Assembly: GCA_002269645.1 (NCBI GenBank)
Contig: NIVC01000062.1
Span: forward strand, 1-17,816
DNA: 17,816 nucleotides
Source of the DNA: Macrostomum lignano
Taxonomy: Eukaryota
Direction: 5' to 3'
Of the stretch, positions 1 to 9,127 are shown piece by piece (position 1 is the stretch's first letter; the number at the start of each line of letters is the position of its first letter). A program made the position numbers and the translations under genes. The notes beneath the pieces are model-generated. The model had not been told where the DNA came from. It ran no database searches and saw nothing but the letters and a program-made list of their open reading frames with translations.

Positions 1-132
1 TGCCGTTGTCAACGCCGCAGCACCCGAACATGGCCTGCACCATGCTCAGGCTGGCCGAATCCACGTCATCGCGCGGTCGCCTTTGAATTTGGAGACCTGG
101 ACTTGCAGTGAGTCTCTGGTGCCCTGCTTGAA
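1..132 (-). CDS. Tetraspanin, EC2 exon (partial, continues beyond window start; apparent -1 frameshift at about 71-76)
   Basis: Acceptor CTCCAG|TTC at 134-133. Reads FKQGTRDSLQVQVSKFKGDR, then after a 1-nt shift DDVDSASLSMVQAMFGCCGVDNG, which contains the tetraspanin EC2 CCG motif. Confidence 0.88.
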
Positions 133-363
133 CTGGAGTGGTTTGGGGTTGGGGTGTTGAACTGGAGTGGTTTGGGGTTGGGGTGTTGAACTGGAGTGGT
201 TTGGGTGGGGGTGTTGAACTGGAGCGGTTTGGAAGGGGGTTGAACTGGAGTGGTTTGGGGGGTTGAACTGGAGTGGTTTGGGTGGAGTGTTGAACTGGAG
301 CGGTTTGGAGGGGGGTTGAACTGGATGGGTTTGGGTGGAAGTTGAACTGGAGTGGTTTGTGGT
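128..363. repeat. Minisatellite C, 23-29 bp unit (GTTGAACTGGAGTGGTTTGGGG..), 9 copies, overlapping the splice acceptor
   Basis: AACTGG recurs at 131, 160, 189, 217, 243, 266, 293, 319 and 345. Confidence 0.95.
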
Positions 364-403
364 GGGGACAATTGTTTACGATGCAAATAATACAATGACT
401 CAC

Positions 404-478
404 AATGTTGGAATTGACGAACCACATGATTATGACGACAACTTGTCCCAGGAATAGCAGACTAACGCACACGACGTA
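404..478 (-). CDS. Tetraspanin, TM3 exon
   Basis: CTAATCAG|TAC ... ATT|GTGAGT. 75 nt, phase 0/0. YVVCVSLLFLGQVVVIIMWFVNSNI is hydrophobic with the conserved polar Q/E of TM3. Confidence 0.88.
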
Positions 479-714
479 CTGATTAGATTGAAAAGTGAAA
501 AATGCATCAATTTTGATTCTGCTGTTACTAAAACTTTGACTTATTTACTGCATGCAATTATCAATGTAATAGAGTTCCATTTAATAAAAATAGTTTGTCT
601 ATCTAGTATCTATAGGTAGGTATTTATCTAGGTATGTTTGTAGGTATCCAACTACGAGTAATACCTGATTTTCAGTAAATTATTGCAAAATTTAAACTCC
701 AATTTTGGCTGAAC

Positions 715-1108
715 CAATCCAGCCAGACTAAGAGCTACTTCCGGTTCCCGCTTCTGGCAATCCAGGTAGACTAAGAGCTACTTCCGGTTCCTGCTTCTGG
801 CAATCCAGCCAGACTAAGAGCTACTTCCGGTTCCCGCTTCTGGCAATCCAGCCAGGCTAAGAGCTACTTCCGGTTCCCGCTTCTGGCAATCCAGCCAGGC
901 TAAGAGCTACTTCCGGTTTTCGCTTCTGGCAATCCAGCCAGGCTAAGAGCTTCTTCCGGTTCCCGCTTCTGGCAATCCAGCCAGGCTAAGAGCTTCTTCC
1001 GGTTCCCGCTTCTGGCAATCCAGCCAGGCTAAGAGCTACTTCCGGTTCCCGCTTCTGGCAATCCAGCCAGGCTAAGAGCTTCTTCCGGTTCCGGTTCTGG
1101 CAATCCAG
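715..1108. repeat. Minisatellite B, 43 bp unit, about 9 copies
   Basis: Unit CCAGGCTAAGAGCTACTTCCGGTTCCCGCTTCTGGCAATCCAG, tandem. Confidence 0.97.
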
Positions 1109-1259
1109 AAAGACTTGAAGATAAAGAAGAATTTTCTTCAAGCTACTTCTTGTTTTGGCTGAATAAGTTTGTCTACACGTAGAGAAAAATGCAAACTTCA
1201 ATCAATTTCAGATCTGCTTCAAAAATCTCAAATAATTGCACACATCCGCAGGCTCTCAC

Positions 1260-1406
1260 AATGATGAGGCAGGCGGGGACGCCGATGCAGGCTCCGAAGC
1301 AGCCGATGCAGCTCACAATAACGATGATGATCCCCAGCCCGATGAGAACGCCAGCCATCGAGCCGGACAGGACAGACAGACTCGAATAATAGTTGCTAAC
1401 GTTAAC
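1260..1406 (-). CDS. Tetraspanin, EC1-TM2-inner loop segment
   Basis: VNVSNYYSSLSVLSGSMAGVLIGLGIIIVIVSCIGCFGACIGVPACLII|GTGAGA matches the tetraspanin G-x-x-G-C-x-G-A-x(5)-C-L pattern. It either starts at CCCAG|GTT (1408-1407) or is continuous with 1407-1532. Confidence 0.9.
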
Positions 1407-1532
1407 CTGGGCTGCCGAACATCGAGACTGTTTGGTTGCCACCGTCGGAAGCAGCCGTTGAAGACATCGACTGGATCAGGGATGACCCCACCAACAGCAG
1501 GATGCCAGGATGCTGAACAGCACTCCGAATAT
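1407..1532 (-). CDS. Tetraspanin, TM1 and start of EC1 (reading frame disturbed by apparent indels)
   Basis: Acceptor CCCCTGCAG|ATA at 1534-1533. IFGVLFSIL then, with one extra G at 1505-1506, GILLLVGSSLIQ. The frame between about 1470 and 1407 is ambiguous. Confidence 0.7.
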
Positions 1533-1552
1533 CTGCAGGGGAAGATTCGGAG

Positions 1553-2056
1553 TGGCGCTGATCCTGACACCCTCACTGGCGCTGATCCTGACACCCTCAC
1601 TGGCGCCGATCCTGACACCCTCACTTGTGCTGATCCTGACACCCTCACTGGCGCCGATCCTGACACCCTCACTGGCGCCGATCCTGACACCCTCACTGGT
1701 GCTGATCCTGACACCCTCACTGGCGCTGATCCTGACACCCTCACTGGCGCTGATCCTGACACCCTCATTGACCTGATCCTGACACCCTCATTGACCTGAT
1801 CCTGACACTCTCACTGGCGCTGATCCTGACACCCTCACTGGCGCCGATCCTGACACCCTCACTGGCGCTGATCCTGACACCCTCACTGGCGCTGATCCTG
1901 ACACCCTCACTGGCGCTGATCCTGACACCCTCACTGGCGCTGATCCTGACACCCTCACTGGCGCTGATCCTGACACCCTCACTGGCGCTGATCCTGACAC
2001 CCTCACTGGCGCTGATCCTGACACCCTCATTGGCGCGGCACTAATTCTGACACCCA
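1553..2056. repeat. Minisatellite A, 24 bp unit, about 20 copies
   Basis: Unit ACTGGCGCTGATCCTGACACCCTC; source of the GADPDTLT / VRVSGSAP ORFs. Confidence 0.97.
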
Positions 2057-2165
2057 CTCTAATGCCTATCAGCTCAATTTCTAAATCAACAGAACTAACA
2101 TGTCAGTCTGTGAGGTTCATAATTTACAATTACATTTCGGAGATCAAACCCCTCAGGCCACTCAC

Positions 2166-2243
2166 AATGCTGATAATGTTAACGAACACAATAAACACGC
2201 AGCAAAGAACTCTACAGCAGGCCAGAGGTCCGTCGGAAGCCAT
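2166..2243 (-). CDS. Tetraspanin, first coding exon
   Basis: ATG at 2243. MASDGPLACCRVLCCVFIVFVNIISI|GTGAGT has juxtamembrane cysteines and the conserved TM1 Asn, with a phase-0 donor at the typical position. Confidence 0.88.
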
Positions 2244-2629
2244 GTTTGCTTCTAGTTGCTTTTTTGCTGATTTCCAGATAATTTGCTTATAGAATGCTTG
2301 AGATTTGCAAGCGCAAACTGAGAGAGAAATACAAACTATTGTCAAAACAATAAGTCGAGTTCCTGACAGGCGGGTGGAAAAGAGCGTCAGAGACTAACTT
2401 AGAACTTGGCCAGAAAATGCAGGCCTTTTTGATTCGAATTTGCGAGCTAGAAAGGAAAGAAAAAACACACAAAACCAAGCTGGGGTGGGTCTGGCCAGAC
2501 CCCGAGACCGGGGGACCTCCGAGTCACCCTGGACTGGAAGCCAACAGATCCAATCTGCCCACAAAAAAACTTTCTAGATTTCTGCAGTCTCTTGTAGCTG
2601 CGATTAGTTTCCTTTTTCTACACCCACCC

Positions 2630-2839
2630 ACCCACCACTTGTATTGGCGCTGATCCTGACACCCACCGCTTGTATTGGCGCTGATCCTGACACTCACCGC
2701 TTGTATTGGCGCTGATCCTGACACCCACCGCTTGAATTGGCGCTGATCCTGACACCCACCGCTTGTATTGGCGCTGATCCTGACACCCACCGCTTGTATT
2801 GGCGCTGATCCTGACACCCACCGCTTGTATTGGCGCTGA
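2630..2839. repeat. Minisatellite A-prime, 31 bp unit, about 6.5 copies
   Basis: Unit GTATTGGCGCTGATCCTGACACCCACCGCTT starting at 2641, 2672, 2703, 2734, 2765, 2796 and 2827. Confidence 0.96.
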
Positions 2840-3071
2840 GTTCGTCGATTTCTTGTCATTTATAACAAACTGATTTTGTATTCCTAGATTTTCATATCAA
2901 AATTATCGAGCAATCATTGAACAAGCCAGTCCAGCAGATTCACAAAGGTCCCTGCCAGCCCCCGAGCACTACACTTAGCACGACTTGCGCACGCACAGAG
3001 CCAAGTTATGCCAGCAGTGTCTGCGCCCCCCCCCCTGGATCCGAGGTCACCGGACCAGAATGAGGGAGAGA

Positions 3072-3121
3072 GGCGGGGCAGAGAGGACTATAATAGAGAT
3101 CTGAGTACACTGCTCTCATTC
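3072..3121 (+). promoter_or_regulatory. Candidate core promoter (GC box, TATA, Inr)
   Basis: GGCGGGGC 3072-3079, TATAATA 3089-3095 and TCATTC 3116-3121, with A+1 29 nt from the TATA start. Confidence 0.3.
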
Positions 3122-3619
3122 GGACAGTAAAAAACCCTCAGCTCACTTAGACGTCTCTCTTCTTCGAAGAAAAAAATAGTTGAGTCTCCAGCGCAGCTAA
3201 GAACGATGGATGGACCGACAATGCAGAGGACTGCAGACTTGCACACTCCATGCCGCAAGAGGGAGACCAAAGAGAGATAGTTGCAGGGTAGAAAAGCAAT
3301 TGAGCCATGCGCTGCACTAATGGACTGTACAGCAGTTTTGGTAGCTTGAATGCTTGTTTAAACCTGCATAAAACAGCCGAGGCTCGTGTTTGGTGCGAGA
3401 TCGGATTGCGGTTAAACCACTGGGAGCGGGAGAGCTGGTTAACGAGTGAGCTGACAGCCTCTGAGAGCTGCTGTGGTTGTCAACTTACAGTAAAGTGAAA
3501 CTGGATTTGTAGCATGCCAGCTTTATTACTTAATTATTCAGCTTTAAACACCTTGGCGCTACTTTTTTAGCATTTTGGCATTTGGTCTGTGCGTTCGTTT
3601 CATTATCATATTTTAACCA

Positions 3620-3633
3620 GTTGCCATGGTAAC
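3620..3633. promoter_or_regulatory. RFX X-box
   Basis: GTTGCCATGGTAAC, a near-perfect palindrome matching the X-box consensus GTTRCCATGGYAAC. Confidence 0.6.
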
Positions 3634-3680
3634 TTCCACACCGTCTGTCTTTCTTAGAAAACATTTAGTCAACTGCGAAT

Positions 3681-4297
3681 GATTACACAATGGACATTGA
3701 AGACTGTGTCTGCCAATAGCTGATTACAAATGTACATTGAAGAATGTCAGAATGTGTCTGCCAATAGCTGATTACAAATGTACATTGAAGAATGTCAGAA
3801 TGTGTCTGCCAATAGCTGATTACAAATGTACATTGAAGAATGTCAGAATGTGTCTGCCAATAGCTGATTACAAATGTACATTGAAGAATGTCAGAATGTG
3901 TCTGCCAATAGCTGATTACAAATGTACATTGAAGAATGTCAGAATGTGTCTGCCAATAGCTGATTACAAATGTACATTGAAGAATGTCAGAATGTGTCTG
4001 CCAATAGCTGATTACAAATGTACATTGAAGAATGTCAGAATGTGTCTGCCAATGGCTGATTACACAATGGACATTAAAGAATGTGTCTGCCAATGGCTGA
4101 TTACACAATGGACATTGAAGAATGTGTCTGCCAATGGCTGATTACACAATGTACATTAAAGAATGTGCCTGCCAATGGCTGATTACACAATGGACATTAA
4201 AGAATGTGTCTGCCAATGGCTGATTACACAATGGACATTAAAGAATGTGTCTGCCAATGGCTGATTACACAATGTACATTAAAGAATGTGCCTGCCA
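3681..4297. repeat. Minisatellite D, seven 48 bp units followed by about six related 41 bp units
   Basis: CTGCCAAT recurs every 48 nt from 3710 to 4046, then about every 41 nt to 4292. Confidence 0.96.
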
Positions 4298-5475
4298 GTC
4301 TCGGATTATGCAATGCAGATTCAACAATGCATTTTTCTCTACATCAATATCCATCTAACTTTAACGAAACGAAGGTAGGTATTTGATACCAGATAAAATA
4401 TAATATAATAAAGTTTATAATGTGGGCCAAACACAAAATGGCATACACACATACATTATATTAACAAATACATGTATAATTGCTATAATTTATGAATGAA
4501 TCAACAGACTGCACTCAACTATAAACAAGAATAGTATACATTTATAAGCCTTGATATTGACAAGGCAAAAGCGCAACGACAATGGCAAACACTGACTCAT
4601 CAAGTACACCGAAGGTAATAGATATCAACAAGAAAGTCCATTCAGCATTGAATTAATAAATATAATAAAGTCTTGTGTATAGTACTGCTCTTAATCTACG
4701 AGTAGACTGAGCGCGTGTTGCCGGATAAATTAGTAAAATTTGTTTGCCACAACTAACACCAGCGAACCGACTATCACGCTTGAGGAACTGTAATTTCTTG
4801 AAGTAAAAATTTGTCCTGCAATATGCGCATCAGTTACTAAAATAAAGAGTAGTATTTATGGCCAGCACATGGAGTAGCAAAGCTTGCTGATAACCAGAAT
4901 CTCTGGAGTAGACAGGCAGACATGTCTTTAAAAGCATTCAATTCGATAAATTTTCATCCAACCGGACAGGAAAAGCGATAGACAAGAAAGCGTTAACGAT
5001 TTTCACAAATTATATTAGTGTTCGCGTTAAAACTACTGTTTTAATCAGTATTTAAAAAGGACGCAATTACTGTATATAAAAGTCCGTGTCCAAGCAAAGC
5101 AATTTGGAGGAAATACTTGTGGGAAAGAGTTGGGGCGGCTTCAGAAACGCGAGCGAAGCGATAAATATTGCCAACTGTATCCATGCAGTACATAGCAGAG
5201 ATTAGAGTAACTGGATATGCCACTTGCAGAAGTGCGCTCATCTACTCTTTTTTCAGTAGCGAAATTAGCCCCTGGCTTTCTATAAGCAGACCTATTAAAC
5301 TAATCGTGTTTTACCGACTCCAGACTGCCTCAGACTAAATATTGCAGAAAAATTGAAAAAACCAAATACAGTGCGTGTGCATAGCAAGTAAGACAGAAAA
5401 GGGATGGCGCTCCCAGCCCCCAGCCAGGCCGATAAACAGTTAGGCTTTCTCTAGGCCGCTTGTGCGCACTGCTTT

Positions 5476-5564
5476 CTGATTGGCTGAGCTAAATTGGGCC
5501 TGGAATGAGTTTTGTCCATCTTTCTCTGACCTCTCTCTCCTTAACTGCTCTCTCATTGGCTGAG
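5476..5564. promoter_or_regulatory. Pair of NF-Y-type CCAAT boxes
   Basis: CTGATTGGCTGAG (5476-5488) and CTCATTGGCTGAG (5552-5564), both matching RRCCAATSR on the minus strand, 76 bp apart. Confidence 0.35.
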
Positions 5565-6271
5565 TTTCGTTCGTCTTGCGCTCACTTTGTGTACATCGAG
5601 TTAAAAACGCTTGTTGTTTATTTCTAACCCCATGAGGCCGCAAACGCAGAGGAAGGAAAAGAAATATTAGTTGCCCCATTAAATTAAGTGACACTGCACA
5701 GACAAGCTACTGATAAAGTCTTTTTTCTAAAAGATTATCCAGGAACATATCTAGTTATTCTAGCATCGTTGATACATACTAAACAGGAACTCCATGACAG
5801 TAGGCAAAGCAGTCAACGCACATATAAGATATCTTATATATTTAACTTTATATATACATTTCTAATCTTAAAATAGCAGGTTCAGCTAATTAAGAAGACC
5901 CTGTATAACAAAAATACTGCCCTCTACAAAATAAGATATAATAAACACTGGCGCGTATCGAACAGTACAAAGAATTTAAATTTAAAAAATCAAAAGATAC
6001 ATGAATTTCATACAGTGTATGGGTGGCGGTTAAAAAGGGAACAATGTGGGATAAATTTGGCAACACTGCGGCGCTGTGGGTTCTCTGATGCCCCCTCCCG
6101 GCGCCAAGTTGGGGAACTGGGGTGAGAGTCTGGCTGGGCAAAGCAGACAGATGGAGAGATTGACAGACACTGGCAGGCAAGTTAGTTGAGCTGGCGAGAA
6201 TTGCAGTTTTATAGAGGGGGCGCGAATGAGATAAATTTCTTGGACACGGATAGAGATGCGGGGTGAGATCA

Positions 6272-6530
6272 AGGGGTAGAGGTAGGGGGTAGAGGTAGAG
6301 GGGTAGAGATAGAGGGGTAGAGATATAGGAGTAGAAGTATAGGGATAAAGATAGAAGGGTAGAGGTAGAGGGGTAGAGGTAGAGATAGAGGAGTAGAGAT
6401 AGAGGGGTAGAGATAGAGGGTAGAGATAGAGGGGAGGGGGAGAGGTAGAAGGGTAGAGGTAGAGGGGTAGAGATAGAGGGGTAGAAGTAGAGGGATAAAG
6501 ATAGAAGGGTCGAGGTAGAGGGAAAATGAA
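6272..6530. repeat. Purine-rich simple repeat (GGGGTAGA/GATAGA)n
   Basis: Low-complexity tract; source of the two PLSLYLY-type ORFs. Confidence 0.92.
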
Positions 6531-7121
6531 ATAGAGGTGAGATGCGCTGTGAGACGTGGGGAATGAAAGGGTCAATCCGACTACTCAACAAAAAAGCAGT
6601 AGAAAATGAGAGGAAAAATGGAGCCCTATTGAATTATAAAACAGATGCAACATGAAACAACAAGCGAGTCCGAATACAATCAGTAAGCAGTTAGCTGCGC
6701 AGAGAATCATTGGATTCACAATGGAAGTGAAAAGCAAACGCATAAGAAAACAATTCAACAACAAAGAAAGCAAGGAAATGACAGATACATCGGCTAATAG
6801 TAGATATAAATTATCAACAAAATAAGGGCAGGCGCTGGCCCGGTAGGCTTGTAAACCTGGGAGACGGCGCTGGGTGGTCCTGCCTAATCAATATAATTGT
6901 AAAAAAATACACACCCAACTACTTATACTTTTAGTAGTGCACATGGGCTTTGAGATACTGAAAAATGTTGAATTTATACGCACAGACACACTGATATGCC
7001 TTCAGTTCTGATGGCCTAAGATTCCATTCCATTGTAAATGTGAGCAATGAATTAAAAAACTGCAAGTATTTTAATCCCTAATTGGAATGACGTCATCTGA
7101 TCCCCGTTCCAAAAGATTTTG

Positions 7122-7499
7122 GGATTTTCTGATCCCCATTCTGTTAGGGACTTAGGGATCCTGATCCCATTCTGAGAGGGATTTAGGGATTCTGATCCCC
7201 ATTCTGAGAGGGATTTAGGGATACTGGTCTCCATTCTGAGAGGGATTTAGGGATACTGGTCTCCATTCTGGAAGGGATTTAGGGATTCTGATCCCCATTC
7301 TGGAAGGGATTTAGGGATTCTGATCTCCATTCTAAGAGGGATTTAGCGATCCTGATCCCCATTCTGAGAGGATTTAGGGATCCTGATCCCCATTATGGAA
7401 GGGAATTGGGATACTGGTCTTCATTCTGAGAGGGATTTCTAGGGATTTTTACCCCCATTCTGAGAGGGATTTAGGGATTCCGGCCCTCATTCCAAGGGA
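7122..7499. repeat. Minisatellite E, about 32 bp unit, about 12 copies
   Basis: Unit CTGATCCCCATTCTGAGAGGGATTTAGGGATT with variants, downstream of the receptor stop codon. Confidence 0.95.
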
Positions 7500-7674
7500 T
7501 TACTCCGATAAGGCAACCTGATCCCCACACCGAGACTTGAGGATTTCCAGGGCGTCCCTCTCAGTTAGAAATCCCAGACCCTGTAAAACTAAAGGCAATA
7601 AACATGCAGCCATAAGCCTGAAGTGTCGCGCGGGCGAGCCAAAGCCATCTACGATGGGGAATGAGTCGGGCATC

Positions 7675-8097
7675 TCAGAACTGGCCACCTTTCTTGCCGT
7701 CGTGTCCCTCCTGCATGTCCAGCAGCTCGGCCATCAGCGGTCGGACAACCCGCGGATCGGTCAGGGCGGCGAGATCGCTGAAATCCTTCTCCAGATTGCG
7801 CAGCTCGGCCAGCTGAGTGAGCAGTTGGGGATAAATCTTGCGAGCCTCCTGGCCTGGCAGCCGAGTCCTGAGCAGCCGGTCCAGCACCAGCGAGTAGCGA
7901 ACCTGCGCCTCCTCGGCCGAGTCGCGGCCCTCCGGCGTCAGGCCGGGCCGGTCGGCACTGAACAGGCAGACTACTAGCAGTAGGATGAGGGTGGCGCGGT
8001 CGCACTGCAGATTGACGCGAAGGGAGCGGGCCAACTGAAGGAAGGCGTAGCCGCTGGAGCCGGCGGCTTTGAGAAAATCGCCGCCCTCCATTGAGTC
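7675..8097 (-). CDS. HR96: HR96/NR1J nuclear receptor exon 4 (LBD helices 7-12, AF-2)
   Basis: ACTCGCAG|GAC, phase 0. Contains LLLVVCLFSADRPGL (the LFxPDRPGL-type motif) and AF-2-like PLMAELLD. TGA at 7677-7675. Confidence 0.9.
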   Translation of the reverse strand, partial: DSMEGGDFLKAAGSSGYAFLQLARSLRVNLQCDRATLILLLVVCLFSADRPGLTPEGRDSAEEAQVRYSLVLDRLLRTRLPGQEARKIYPQLLTQLAELRNLEKDFSDLAALTDPRVVRPLMAELLDMQEGHDGKKGGQF

Positions 8098-8130
8098 CTG
8101 CGAGTGTTTCAGGAGTGGGATTTTTTATTA

Positions 8131-8461
8131 GGGGATCAACAGCTGGGTGGGGAGGAATGGGATTTAGGTTAAAGGGGATCAACAGCTGGGTGGGGAGGAA
8201 TGGGCTTTAGGTTAAAGGGGATCAACAGCTGGTGGGAGGAATGGGATTTAGGTTAAAGGGGATCAACAGCTGGGTGGGGAGGAATGGGATTTAGGTTAAA
8301 GGGGATCAACAGCTGGGTGGGGAGGAATGGGATTTAGGTTAAAGGGGATCAACAGCTGGGTGGGGAGGAATGGGATTTAGGTTAAAGGGGATCAACAGCT
8401 GGGTGGGGAGGAATGGGATTTAGGTTAAAGGGGATCAACAGCTGAGTGGGGAAGAATGGGG
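8131..8461. repeat. Minisatellite F, 43 bp unit, about 8 copies (receptor intron 3)
   Basis: Unit GGGGATCAACAGCTGGGTGGGGAGGAATGGGATTTAGGTTAAA. Confidence 0.97.
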
Positions 8462-8671
8462 TAAGTGAACGCGGCTAATAACCAGAACAGAAGGAATCTT
8501 AGGGATCAAAACTGAAATAAATTGATATGGGATATTTAGGACTTTTAAATTGCGTGATAAAAATTCATATTAAAATATACATGACATTTTCAGGCCGATG
8601 CCATGTGATAAATATCAATAAAAAGGGGATTTTTTGGAATCAGGGTTAGCTAGGCGGGTCAATGGGGTCAC

Positions 8672-9061
8672 CTGCTCCGCTGACTCAACATCGCCTGAGT
8701 CAAGGAAGCGCGCCCGTTCCGGGTCGAAGCTGATGACGCGCGCAGCAGGATGAGCTCCAGAGCGCCGCCCTTCATCAGCGCCACCCGGTCCGGCGGGCTG
8801 AGCCGCAGGAACTCCGGCAGCTGCTTGCACAGCTCGATAACTCGAACCACCGACAGCTCGGCAAAGTTGATCAGATCGTCAAAGCTGACGGCTCGCTGGC
8901 CCTGGCGCTCTGGCAGCTTCACAGCCTCGGAGGCGGCGTACGCGTCCAGGATGAACTTCACGTCCTGCAGCTCGGCGTCAGAGAGCAGCTCCCGGTCCGC
9001 CAGGTCAGCCGGGGTCAGGTCCTTGGGCAGCAGCTGCAGCGACTCCAGGGTGCGGATTAGC
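8672..9061 (-). CDS. HR96: HR96/NR1J nuclear receptor exon 3 (hinge and LBD helices 1-6; apparent -1 frameshift at about 8737-8742)
   Basis: ATCGCAG|G in phase 2 matches the exon 2 donor. LBD signature VIELCKQLPEFLRLSPPDRVALMKGGALELILLR, then after a 1-nt shift VISFDPERARFLDSGDVESAEQ|GTGACC. Confidence 0.9.
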
Positions 9062-9127
9062 CTGCGATATGGGGGGACGCAATAAATTATGATAACCAGT
9101 AACCAGGCTGGCTGGTGTCACGGATTG

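Larger units (their letters stand above)
2244..3600 (-). other. Predicted tetraspanin 5' UTR: non-coding exon ending at 3489, intron 3488-2318, UTR part 2317-2244
   Basis: Consensus donor CT|GTAAGT (3488-3483) and pyrimidine-rich acceptor TTTGTATTTCTCTCTCAG (AG 2319-2318); no ATG between 2317 and 2244. The TSS position is a guess. Confidence 0.4.

Noticed and set aside
4320-4620. Plus-strand micro-exons ending CGAAG|GTAGGT and CGAAG|GTAATA
   Set aside because: The acceptors are weak and no frame gives a recognisable protein.
4540-5241. Degenerate 7TM/GPCR-like motifs on the minus strand (TVGNI, YFLQIAL, near-ERFLSIAFP, KIYRI, CWP, NSMLN)
   Set aside because: The motifs fall in three different frames with many stops, and their spacing is too short for a GPCR (TM3 end to TM5 end only about 10 codons). 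AT-rich DNA readily translates as hydrophobic sequence. A frameshift-aware HMM search would settle it.
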